Position numbers and translations under genes: made by a program. From Escherichia coli (GTDB lineage Bacteria > Pseudomonadota > Gammaproteobacteria > Enterobacterales > Enterobacteriaceae), in the NCBI RefSeq assembly GCF_050920415.1, contig NZ_CP169309.1: a stretch of DNA of 64,000 bases, one strand, 5' to 3'. This document shows, in pieces, positions 55,465-64,000 of the stretch (position 1 is the stretch's first letter; each line of letters starts with the position of its first letter). The notes beneath the pieces were generated by a model, which worked only from the letters and a program-made list of their open reading frames with translations, had not been told where the DNA came from and made no database searches.

Positions 55465-58400
55465 TTATTCCGGGCGTGGCTTCAGCGGGAAGCGGCGGCG
55501 TACCAACACAAAGAACAGCGGCACGAAGTAAATAGCCAGAATCGTGGCCGAAATCATCCCGCCCATTACGCCAGTACCCACCGCATGCTGGCCACCGGAA
55601 CCGGCCCCTGTGCTGGTTGCCATTGGCAATACGCCGAAGATAAAGGCCAGAGAGGTCATCAGAATCGGACGTAAACGCTGACGGCAGGCGTGGAGCGTCG
55701 CTTCAAACAGGTCGTGGCCTTTTTGGTTCATCTCGTTAGCAAACTCGACGATAAGGATGGCGTTTTTCGCCGATAAACCAATCACCGTTAACAGGCCTAC
55801 CTGGAAGTAAACGTCGTTTTCCAGCCCGCGCAGCCATGTTGCCAGCAGCGCGCCGATAACGCCCAGCGGCACGACCAGCATCACCGAGAACGGCACCGAC
55901 CAGCTTTCATACAGCGCCGCCAGACACAGGAATACCACCAGCAATGAAATGGCATACAGCGCCGGAGCCTGCGCGCCGGAGAGTCGCTCCTGATACGACA
56001 TCGCCGTCCATTCCAAACCAAAGCCGCTTGGCAACTGCTTCACTAACGATTCCATAATATCCATTGCCGTACCGGTGCTGACCCCCGGCGCGGCTTCCCC
56101 GACAATCTCTACCGCTGAATAACCGTTATAGCGTTCCAGACGCGGCGAGCCTGTTTCCCAGCGTGAGGTCGCGAAAGCAGAGAAGGGGACCATGCCACCA
56201 TCTTTATTTCGTACATACCAGAGATTGATGTCATCTGGCAGCATGCGATATGGCGCAGCTGCCTGCACATAGACTTTCTTCACGCGACCGCGATCCATAA
56301 AGTCATTCACATAGCTCGAACCCCACGCGGTTTGCAGCGTGTCGTTAATATCGTCGATAGCAACGCCCAGCGCCTGAGCTTTACGCTGATCGATATCAAT
56401 CTGCAACTGCGGACTGTCGTCGAGGCCGTTATGGCGTACACGGGTTAACTCCGGATTTTCCGCCGCCAGAGCCAGCAACTGGTTACGTGCTGCCATCAGC
56501 GCATCGTGACCCGCACCAGCGTGGTCCTGCAACTCCATATCAAAACCCGCAGAACTGCCAAGGCCACTAATTGCTGGCGGGCTGCTGGCGATAACGCGAG
56601 CTTCTTTAATCTTATTAAATTCCTTCGTTGCACGTTCGATAATGGCAAACGAGGTGCCGGTCTTACTGTCGCGTTCGCTCCAGTCTTTCAGGCGGATAAA
56701 CATTCGCGCCACGTTTTGCCCGTTACCCCCAGGGCCAGAACCAACGGTGGCAAACACTGACATGATGTTGTCTTTTTCATGGGTGAAGTAATATTTCTCG
56801 ATTTGCTCAACGACTTTCAGGGTCTGTTGTTGGGTTGAACCGCTGGGCAACTGTACCGAGGTAGTAAACATGCCACGGTCTTCCAGCGGCAAGAACGACG
56901 TCGGCAAACGCAGGAACAGGAACACCATGCCGCCAAGCAGCAGGACATAAATCACAATCCAGCGCAGGCTACGGTGGAGAATTTTTGCTACCCCTTTTTC
57001 GTAGCGTTCGGCGTTGCGGTTAAACATCTGGTTAAACCAGGCAAAAAAGCCTTTTTGCCCGTGATGCTCACCTTTTTTCAGTGGCTTAAGTAGCGTGGCG
57101 CACAGAGCCGGAGTGAGGATCATCGCTACCAGTACTGACAGCACCATCGCCGCAACAATGGTAATAGAGAACTGGCGATAGATAGCTCCGGTGGTGCCGC
57201 CGAAGAAGGCCATTGGCACAAATACCGCCGACAGCACCATCGCAATCCCGACCAGTGCTCCCTGGATCTGCCCCATCGATTTACGTGTGGCTTCGCGAGG
57301 AGTGAGTCCTTCCTCACTCATAATACGTTCGACGTTTTCCACCACCACGATGGCGTCATCCACCAGCAGACCGATCGCCAGCACCATCGCGAACATGGTT
57401 AAGGTGTTGACGCTGTAACCGAAGGCGTAAAGTACGGAGAAGGTTCCCATCAACACCACCGGCACGGCGATAGTTGGTATCAGCGTGGCACGGAAGTTTT
57501 GCAAGAACAGATACATAACGAGGAAAACCAGGGCGATAGCTTCCAGCAGCGTTTTCACCACGTCTTCAATGGAGGCTTTAACAAATGAGGTGGTTTCATA
57601 TGCCACCTTGTATTCCAGTCCATGTGGGAAGTACTGCGCCAGTTCGTCGAGACGATTGAGTACCAGCTCCGCTGTTGCCATTTCGTTCGCGCCGGAGGCC
57701 AGTTTTACCCCCAGCCCGGAGGCTGGCTTACCGTTGAAGCGGCTGAGATAATCGTATTTCTCTGCCCCCATTTCGACGGTGGCGACATCGCCCAGCCTTA
57801 CTTCTGAGCCGTCCTGATTCACCCGTAAGGTGATATCGCGGAACTGTTCTGGTGTTTGCAGCAGTGACTGGGCGTTAATGGTGGCGTTGAGCGCCTGCTT
57901 ATCGACGGAAGGCGTACCACCAAGTTGCCCAACCGCAATCTGCGCGTTCTGTGACTCAATGGCATCAGTGACATCTTTAGCCGTCATCTGAAAACTGTTG
58001 AGTTTCGCCGGGTCCAGCCAGATACGCATTGAATATTGCGAACCATAGGCATCGATATCCCCGACGCCATTCACGCGGCTTAATGGGTCCTGAATATTAC
58101 TGGCAACGTAATCGGCAATATCCTGCTTATCCATCGAACCATCGGTAGAGACGAAGGCAATGGTAAGAATGTTGGTATCGCCGGTTTTACGCACCGTCAC
58201 GCCCTGATTTTGCACCGCCTGCGGCAACTTTCGCATGGCTGATTGCAGCTGGTTTTGTACTTGCTGCACTGCTTCGTCCGGATCGGTGCCCGCTTTAAAA
58301 CTTAAGGTGACAGATGCCTGACCGGTGCCACTGCTTTGAGACGACATATACATGATATTATCGAGGCCGGTCATATTTTGCTCGATAACCTGGGTCACGG

Positions 58401-58578
58401 TGTTTTCCAGCGTCTGAGCCGATGCGCCGGGGTAGTTAGCGGTTACTCGCACGTTAGGCGGTGCAAGATCCGGGTATTGTTCAACGGGCAATGAGAAAAT
58501 CGCCAGGGTTCCTGTCAGACACAACAGGATTGCCAGCACCCAGGCAAAAATGGGGCGATCAATAAAGAAATTCGCCAT
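55465..58578 (-). CDS. acrD: RND-family aminoglycoside/multidrug efflux pump
   Basis: 1037 aa; [41 protein letters not shown]... typical AcrB/AcrD N-terminus. Confidence 0.95.
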   Translation of the reverse strand: MANFFIDRPIFAWVLAILLCLTGTLAIFSLPVEQYPDLAPPNVRVTANYPGASAQTLENTVTQVIEQNMTGLDNIMYMSSQSSGTGQASVTLSFKAGTDPDEAVQQVQNQLQSAMRKLPQAVQNQGVTVRKTGDTNILTIAFVSTDGSMDKQDIADYVASNIQDPLSRVNGVGDIDAYGSQYSMRIWLDPAKLNSFQMTAKDVTDAIESQNAQIAVGQLGGTPSVDKQALNATINAQSLLQTPEQFRDITLRVNQDGSEVRLGDVATVEMGAEKYDYLSRFNGKPASGLGVKLASGANEMATAELVLNRLDELAQYFPHGLEYKVAYETTSFVKASIEDVVKTLLEAIALVFLVMYLFLQNFRATLIPTIAVPVVLMGTFSVLYAFGYSVNTLTMFAMVLAIGLLVDDAIVVVENVERIMSEEGLTPREATRKSMGQIQGALVGIAMVLSAVFVPMAFFGGTTGAIYRQFSITIVAAMVLSVLVAMILTPALCATLLKPLKKGEHHGQKGFFAWFNQMFNRNAERYEKGVAKILHRSLRWIVIYVLLLGGMVFLFLRLPTSFLPLEDRGMFTTSVQLPSGSTQQQTLKVVEQIEKYYFTHEKDNIMSVFATVGSGPGGNGQNVARMFIRLKDWSERDSKTGTSFAIIERATKEFNKIKEARVIASSPPAISGLGSSAGFDMELQDHAGAGHDALMAARNQLLALAAENPELTRVRHNGLDDSPQLQIDIDQRKAQALGVAIDDINDTLQTAWGSSYVNDFMDRGRVKKVYVQAAAPYRMLPDDINLWYVRNKDGGMVPFSAFATSRWETGSPRLERYNGYSAVEIVGEAAPGVSTGTAMDIMESLVKQLPSGFGLEWTAMSYQERLSGAQAPALYAISLLVVFLCLAALYESWSVPFSVMLVVPLGVIGALLATWLRGLENDVYFQVGLLTVIGLSAKNAILIVEFANEMNQKGHDLFEATLHACRQRLRPILMTSLAFIFGVLPMATSTGAGSGGQHAVGTGVMGGMISATILAIYFVPLFFVLVRRRFPLKPRPE

Positions 58579-58646
58579 TAAAAGAGGACCTCGTGTTTCT
58601 GCGTATTGTTGTTGGCATGCCTTGCTTCACTGTAGCGGCAAGGTAC

Positions 58647-58666
58647 GGACCAATCGTGGAGAAAAA
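58647..58666 (-). promoter_or_regulatory. Putative BaeR binding site upstream of acrD (minus strand TTTTTCTCCACGATTGGTCC)
   Basis: Close match to the BaeR box consensus TTTTTCTCCATDATTGGC as recalled; 70-90 nt upstream of the acrD start. Confidence 0.5.
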
Positions 58667-58741
58667 AAGGAGTTAATGTAAATTATCATGCCCTTTTATA
58701 CTGAACCTTAAGTGCAAGTATTCTTTGGTAAGTAGGTGGCA

Positions 58742-60442
58742 TTACATTAGCTGGCTTTCCTCACCCTCCGCAGAGCGAAAGCTAATACTCACTAACGTGC
58801 CGCCACCGGAAGGTTGTGAAAAAGTCAGCGTTCCACCCAGTCGTTCCGCGCGTTCGCGCATAATATTCAGACCATAGTGACCTTCGGGTTCTTTCGGTTC
58901 TCCGATGCCAATCCCGTTATCACGGATATAGACTGTGTGATTGCCGTCCGGCGCGGTGACGCAACTAACGGCTATTTCGCTGGCGTTGGCGTGCTTCATC
59001 GCATTGAGTACCGCTTCGCGAATAATTTGCAACAAATGCACCTGCATTTGCGCATCCAGCGCCAGTGTTGGCAGACGGCAGTCGAGAGTCAGTTTTGCGC
59101 TGGTTTGATTTTGTAACGTATCCAGCATTTCCCGCAACGCGGAGGGAAGATCCGCTTGCTGCAGCGTCAGGCGGAACGTGGTCAACAGCTCGCGTAACTG
59201 TCGATAAGCATCATTCAATGCCTGGGAGAAATCGGCCATGATATTTTGTGCGGTGGCGTTATCTTCCGGTATCGAACGTTTAAGTAACGTCAACTGGATA
59301 CGTAAGTAAGAAAGCACCTGGGCCAGCGAATCATGTAATTCCCGTGCGATGGTGGCACGTTCTTCCATCAACAGTAACTGCTGAAAATGCTTCTGCGCCT
59401 GATTAAAGTACAAACCGCGCCCCAGCATCGACGAAACGCTGTTAAGCAGCGGTTCTGATGATGACACGTGGCTATTTTGCCAGTGCAGTTCGCCGTAAAC
59501 CGTCTCTTGCATCGTTACCGGTAAAATCTGCATCGGCAATTCGGGGTTTGGTTTCCCTTCACTAATCCGCCAGTTTTCACCGACATTCAACTCCAGATAT
59601 TCAGCCGCTTCATTGTCGCGAACAATCTGCAAAATATGGCGGAAACAATGCACATCTATCTGGCTGGTGTTCAGCGCCTGCGAACACTGATACAACACCT
59701 CCAGGCGACGCTTGGCCTCGTGGAGATCACGGGTTTTTTCTTCTACTGAAGCTTCCAGCGAACGATACAATTTATGCAGCTCGCTCGACATCTGGTTAAA
59801 GGTTTTGGCCAACAGTCCCAGCTCATTGGGCAGACTGGTATCCAGCGGCGGCGAATCGAACTGGCCGTGTTCAATACGCTGACTGGCGGTAACCAGCTGA
59901 TTCAGCGGGGCAACCACCTGATGGCGTATGCGGCGCAGAGTAAAAAAGACCAGCGTGAAAATACCGATGCCGCCAGCCAGGGAGATCGCCACCACCAGCA
60001 GCATTTTGCGTTCGGCGTAGTGCTGTAAAGCCAGCACGAACAGGTCTATCTGATTAACATAATTATTAATATTGGCCTGATACCACGGCAAATCGCCCTT
60101 GCTGAGCCGATTATTCATCTCCAGCCAGTTGGCATTCAGATGCGCATAGCGGGTTTTTACTGCCTCTGGCACATACCAGACGTTGAGATTGGTTAACACC
60201 GGTGAGTGCAGTGCCTGTTGGAACAGCTGGCGATGCGCATTGAGTTGTGGACTGCCGCTTTGCAAGTCGTAGCCCAGGCGGTAACTCTGCATACGCAACG
60301 ATCCGGCAATATTGATAGCCTCAGCGTCGCGCAAACTGCTCGCCAGAGTTAGCAGTGCGATACCCGTGGAAAGAATCGACAGCAGCACAATGTAAAAAAA
60401 GGCCCGGGCCAGACTGGCCGAGACGGGGCGTTTAACAATCAC
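58742..60442 (-). CDS. narQ: Nitrate/nitrite sensor histidine kinase
   Basis: 566 aa from GTG at 60442 (IVKRPVSASLARAFFYIVLL...); HAMP and HisKA_3/HATPase regions; ORF track is extended 5 codons. Confidence 0.95.
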   Translation of the reverse strand: MIVKRPVSASLARAFFYIVLLSILSTGIALLTLASSLRDAEAINIAGSLRMQSYRLGYDLQSGSPQLNAHRQLFQQALHSPVLTNLNVWYVPEAVKTRYAHLNANWLEMNNRLSKGDLPWYQANINNYVNQIDLFVLALQHYAERKMLLVVAISLAGGIGIFTLVFFTLRRIRHQVVAPLNQLVTASQRIEHGQFDSPPLDTSLPNELGLLAKTFNQMSSELHKLYRSLEASVEEKTRDLHEAKRRLEVLYQCSQALNTSQIDVHCFRHILQIVRDNEAAEYLELNVGENWRISEGKPNPELPMQILPVTMQETVYGELHWQNSHVSSSEPLLNSVSSMLGRGLYFNQAQKHFQQLLLMEERATIARELHDSLAQVLSYLRIQLTLLKRSIPEDNATAQNIMADFSQALNDAYRQLRELLTTFRLTLQQADLPSALREMLDTLQNQTSAKLTLDCRLPTLALDAQMQVHLLQIIREAVLNAMKHANASEIAVSCVTAPDGNHTVYIRDNGIGIGEPKEPEGHYGLNIMRERAERLGGTLTFSQPSGGGTLVSISFRSAEGEESQLM

Positions 60443-60647
60443 ACGCGTCTTCTCCACATAAAATCATTAATGTTCCAGTTTGCTGAAATGCAATTTAATC
60501 AGTGATGGGATTATTTGATCTGCCACAGTTTATAGCGAAATAGTGACTTATTCTGGGCACATGAACATTGCCGATTCCCCTGTAAGTCGGGTAATAACAA
60601 CACTCATATAAAGAATAAGGTTTTTACAACCAAAAAAGAAGGTCGTT

Positions 60648-62627
60648 ATGAATCGTTTTATTATGGCCAACAGTCAGCAATGTCTGGGTTGTCATGCTTG
60701 TGAAATCGCCTGTGTCATGGCTCACAATGATGAGCAACATGTCCTGAGCCAACACCATTTTCATCCCCGAATTACGGTTATCAAACATCAGCAGCAACGT
60801 AGTGCGGTGACCTGTCACCATTGCGAAGATGCGCCCTGCGCCCGTAGTTGCCCTAATGGCGCGATCAGCCATGTTGATGACAGCATTCAGGTCAATCAGC
60901 AAAAGTGTATTGGCTGTAAATCCTGCGTGGTTGCTTGTCCATTTGGTACGATGCAAATCGTCCTGACACCCGTCGCGGCAGGCAAAGTTAAAGCCACGGC
61001 GCATAAATGCGACCTTTGTGCAGGTCGCGAAAGCGGTCCTGCCTGTGTCGAGAATTGTCCGGCGGACGCTCTGCAATTGGTCACTGACGCCGCACTCTCC
61101 GGCATAGCGAAATCTCGCCGCCTGCGCACCTCACGTCAGGAGCATCAACCGTGGCATGCCAGTACTGGGGCACCAGAAATGCCGGCGATGAGTAAAGTCG
61201 AGCAAATGCAGGCAACCCCCGCGCGAGGCGAGCCGGATAAACTGGCGATTGAAGCGCGCAAAACTGGTTTTGATGAAATTTATCTGCCATTTCGCGCCGA
61301 CCAGGCACAACGGGAAGCCTCGCGTTGCCTGAAGTGCGGCGAGCACAGCGTTTGTGAATGGACCTGCCCTCTGCATAACCACATTCCGCAGTGGATAGAG
61401 CTGGTGAAAGCCGGAAATATCGACGCCGCCGTCGAGCTTTCTCACCAGACCAACACCCTGCCAGAAATTACCGGACGTGTTTGCCCGCAAGACCGTCTGT
61501 GCGAAGGAGCCTGCACCATTCGCGATGAGCACGGAGCGGTAACTATCGGCAACATCGAACGCTACATTTCGGATCAGGCGTTGGCGAAAGGTTGGCGTCC
61601 TGACTTAAGCCATGTCATCAAAGTGGATAAGCGGGTGGCGATTATCGGTGCAGGTCCGGCAGGGCTAGCCTGTGCGGATGTTCTGATCCGCAATGGCGTG
61701 GAGGTGACGGTGTATGATCGCCATCCAGAAATCGGTGGCCTGCTCACCTTCGGCATTCCTTCTTTCAAACTGGATAAGTCCCTGCTGGCGCGTCGCCGGG
61801 AAATCTTCAGCGCGATGGGGATTCACTTCGAACTCAATTGTGAAGTGGGTAAAGATGTCACTTTGGATTCGCTTTTGGAACAATACGACGCGGTCTTCGT
61901 TGGCGTAGGCACTTACCGTTCCATGAAAGCGGGTTTACCTAATGAAGATGCGCCGGGCGTTTATGACGCGCTGCCATTCCTCATCGCCAACACTAAACAG
62001 GTGATGGGACTTGAAGAGTTACCTGAAGAGCCGTTTATCAATACCGCCGGACTCAATGTCGTGGTACTGGGCGGTGGCGACACCGCGATGGACTGTGTGC
62101 GTACCGCGCTGCGCCATGGCGCGAGTAATGTCACCTGTGCCTATCGTCGTGATGAAGCTAACATGCCTGGCTCGAAGAAGGAGGTGAAAAACGCCCGCGA
62201 AGAGGGGGCAAACTTCGAATTTAACGTCCAGCCGGTGGCGCTTGAGCTGAATGAGCAAGGTCATGTTTGCGGAATTCGTTTCCTGCGTACGCGTCTTGGC
62301 GAGCCGGATGCCCAGGGGCGTCGGCGTCCGGTGCCGGTGGAAGGCAGTGAGTTTGTGATGCCAGCCGATGCGGTGATCATGGCATTTGGTTTTAATCCTC
62401 ATGGTATGCCGTGGTTGGAGTCGCACGGTGTAACGGTGGATAAATGGGGCCGCATCGTAGCGGACGTTGAAAGCCAGTACCGTTACCAGACCACGAATCC
62501 GAAAATCTTCGCCGGTGGCGATGCCGTGCGTGGTGCGGATCTGGTGGTTACCGCAATGGCAGAAGGACGTCATGCGGCACAGGGGATCATTGACTGGCTG
62601 GGGGTAAAATCAGTCAAATCTCACTAA
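60648..62627 (+). CDS. aegA: Fe-S/FAD oxidoreductase AegA (ferredoxin domain + GltD-like domain)
   Basis: 659 aa; N-terminal 4Fe-4S cluster motifs (CLGCHACEIAC, CIGCKSCVVACP) and C-terminal NAD(P)/FAD-binding GAGPAG domain. Confidence 0.9.
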   Translation: MNRFIMANSQQCLGCHACEIACVMAHNDEQHVLSQHHFHPRITVIKHQQQRSAVTCHHCEDAPCARSCPNGAISHVDDSIQVNQQKCIGCKSCVVACPFGTMQIVLTPVAAGKVKATAHKCDLCAGRESGPACVENCPADALQLVTDAALSGIAKSRRLRTSRQEHQPWHASTGAPEMPAMSKVEQMQATPARGEPDKLAIEARKTGFDEIYLPFRADQAQREASRCLKCGEHSVCEWTCPLHNHIPQWIELVKAGNIDAAVELSHQTNTLPEITGRVCPQDRLCEGACTIRDEHGAVTIGNIERYISDQALAKGWRPDLSHVIKVDKRVAIIGAGPAGLACADVLIRNGVEVTVYDRHPEIGGLLTFGIPSFKLDKSLLARRREIFSAMGIHFELNCEVGKDVTLDSLLEQYDAVFVGVGTYRSMKAGLPNEDAPGVYDALPFLIANTKQVMGLEELPEEPFINTAGLNVVVLGGGDTAMDCVRTALRHGASNVTCAYRRDEANMPGSKKEVKNAREEGANFEFNVQPVALELNEQGHVCGIRFLRTRLGEPDAQGRRRPVPVEGSEFVMPADAVIMAFGFNPHGMPWLESHGVTVDKWGRIVADVESQYRYQTTNPKIFAGGDAVRGADLVVTAMAEGRHAAQGIIDWLGVKSVKSH

Positions 62628-62694
62628 TAGCCTGCGCAGACAAATCCGGCTTCCCAGCGTAAGATAATTGTTCATTTCGCGCAGTGGAGTCGGT

Positions 62695-63270
62695 ATGACG
62701 CAACAAATCACCCTCATCAAAGACAAAATTCTCTCCGATAACTATTTCACCCTGCACAACATAACTTACGATCTCACGCGAAAAGATGGCGAAGTTATCC
62801 GCCATAAACGTGAAGTTTACGATCGCGGTAATGGTGCGACGATCCTCCTGTACAACGCGAAGAAAAAGACCGTCGTTCTGATTCGTCAGTTCCGCGTCGC
62901 TACCTGGGTTAATGGCAATGACAGCGGGCAGCTGATTGAAACCTGCGCCGGGCTGCTGGATAACGACGAACCGGAAGTGTGTATTCGCAAAGAAGCGATT
63001 GAAGAGACGGGGTATGAAGTTGGCGAAGTCCGCAAATTATTTGAACTGTATATGTCGCCAGGCGGTGTGACTGAGCTAATCCACTTTTTTATCGCCGAAT
63101 ACAGTGACAGCCAGCGCGCTAATGCGGGCGGTGGTGTCGAAGATGAAGATATTGAAGTGCTCGAGCTGCCGTTCAGCCAGGCGCTGGAGATGATCAAAAG
63201 CGGCGAAATACGTGACGGTAAGACGGTGTTATTGCTTAACTATTTGCAAATGTCACATTTAATGGACTGA
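62695..63270 (+). CDS. nudK: GDP-mannose pyrophosphatase (Nudix hydrolase)
   Basis: 191 aa from ATG at 62695 ([27 protein letters not shown]...); Nudix box (...[23 protein letters not shown]...). Confidence 0.9.
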   Translation: MTQQITLIKDKILSDNYFTLHNITYDLTRKDGEVIRHKREVYDRGNGATILLYNAKKKTVVLIRQFRVATWVNGNDSGQLIETCAGLLDNDEPEVCIRKEAIEETGYEVGEVRKLFELYMSPGGVTELIHFFIAEYSDSQRANAGGGVEDEDIEVLELPFSQALEMIKSGEIRDGKTVLLLNYLQMSHLMD

Positions 63271-63395
63271 AAAATAACAATAATATTTCGTTGTTTATTA
63301 TTGGCTCAATCCGATAAATCCGATTGAGCCGCGCTACCTGCGCAACGAAGATACGACTTGTGCTGTTTGTTTGAACTTCTGGGGTCGTACCGTCC

Positions 63396-64000
63396 ATGCG
63401 CTATCGCATTTTTCTTCTCTTTTTTTTCGCTTTATTGCCGACGTCTTTGGTGTGGGCGGCACCAGCGCAACGGGCATTTTCCGACTGGCAGGTCACCTGT
63501 AATAATCAAAATTTCTGTGTGGCGCGCAATACGGGCAATCATAATGGACTGGTGATGACCCTGAGCCGCAGCGCCGGGGCGCATACCGATGCCGTTTTAC
63601 GTATTGAGCGCGGCGGGTTGAAGTCGCCGGATGCGTCGGAAGGGGAGATAGCGCCACGGCTGCTGTTAGATGGCGAGCCGTTGGCGTTGAGTGGTAACAC
63701 GTGGCGGATTTCACCATGGTTATTAGTAACCGATGATACGACAACCATCACCGCGTTTTTGCAGATGATTCAGGAAGGGAAAGCGATCACCTTACGCGAC
63801 GGCGATCAGACCATTTCACTGAGTGGCTTAAAAGCAGCGTTGTTGTTTATTGATGCCCAGCAAAAGCGCCTCGGCAGTGAAACCGCGTGGATCAAGAAAG
63901 GGGACGAACCGCCGCTCAGCGTACCGCCAGCGCCTGCGCTAAAAGAGGTCGCGGTAGTGAACCCGACGCCGACCCCACTTTCTCGTGAAGAACGTAACGA
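63396..64000 (+). CDS. ypfG: Periplasmic DUF1176 protein YpfG, 3' end outside window
   Basis: ATG at 63396; frame open to the window end; translation MRYRIFLLFFFALLPTSLVWAAPAQRAFSDWQVTCNNQNFCVARNTGN... (signal peptide). Not in the ORF track because no stop lies in the window. Confidence 0.85.
   Translation, partial: MRYRIFLLFFFALLPTSLVWAAPAQRAFSDWQVTCNNQNFCVARNTGNHNGLVMTLSRSAGAHTDAVLRIERGGLKSPDASEGEIAPRLLLDGEPLALSGNTWRISPWLLVTDDTTTITAFLQMIQEGKAITLRDGDQTISLSGLKAALLFIDAQQKRLGSETAWIKKGDEPPLSVPPAPALKEVAVVNPTPTPLSREERN

Noticed and set aside
60458-60647. Possible FNR/NarL sites in the narQ-aegA divergent region
   Set aside because: No clean TTGAT-N4-ATCAA FNR box or paired NarL heptamers could be identified confidently by eye; left uncalled.
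63358-63555. 65-aa + strand ORF at the start of ypfG
   Set aside because: Alternative frame of the ypfG 5' region; the ypfG frame from ATG 63396 gives a proper signal peptide and stays open to the window end.

Overview
Enterobacterial (E. coli-type) chromosomal window with two parts. (1) Bases 1 to about 13.9 kb are the right arm of a podovirus-type prophage: three large same-strand virion internal/ejection-type genes (the third split by a complete 1331-bp IS2 with a 5-bp target duplication), a small hydrophobic-peptide gene, a divergent small gene behind a near-consensus LexA (SOS) box, a tailspike with a low-GC receptor-binding C-terminus, a convergent low-GC O-antigen acyltransferase (acyltransferase-3 plus SGNH-like domain), and a lysis cassette (two small membrane proteins, GH19 endolysin, Rz with embedded Rz1). 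The prophage appears to end at a short remnant of the guaA 3' end (ATT GAG TGG GAA TGA, 13885..13899) followed by a bidirectional terminator. (2) From 13.99 kb onward the window is core chromosome in K-12 gene order: yfgI, yfgH, yfgG, pdeF (yfgF, split by a 1310-bp IS3-family IS629-like element with a 3-bp duplication), ppx, ppk, purN, purM, upp, uraA, hda, yfgD, bepA, perM, focB, hyfR, hyfJIHGFEDCBA, bcp, gcvR, dapA, bamC, purC, ypfJ, tmcA, ypfH, ypfN, dapE, yffB, ypfM, acrD, narQ, aegA, nudK and the 5' part of ypfG. No rRNA, tRNA or CRISPR array was recognised by eye. All calls rest on reading the sequence and ORF translations and on recall of protein families; no database search was run. 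Several ORF-track entries are over-extended at the 5' end; corrected starts (GTG for purM, hyfG, narQ; TTG for gcvR; CTG for hda) are given where the canonical N-terminus was recognisable. The most interesting material is the prophage accessory region, especially the SOS-box-controlled small gene and hydrophobic peptide between the ejection genes and the tailspike, the seroconversion module, and the two precisely resolvable IS insertions.
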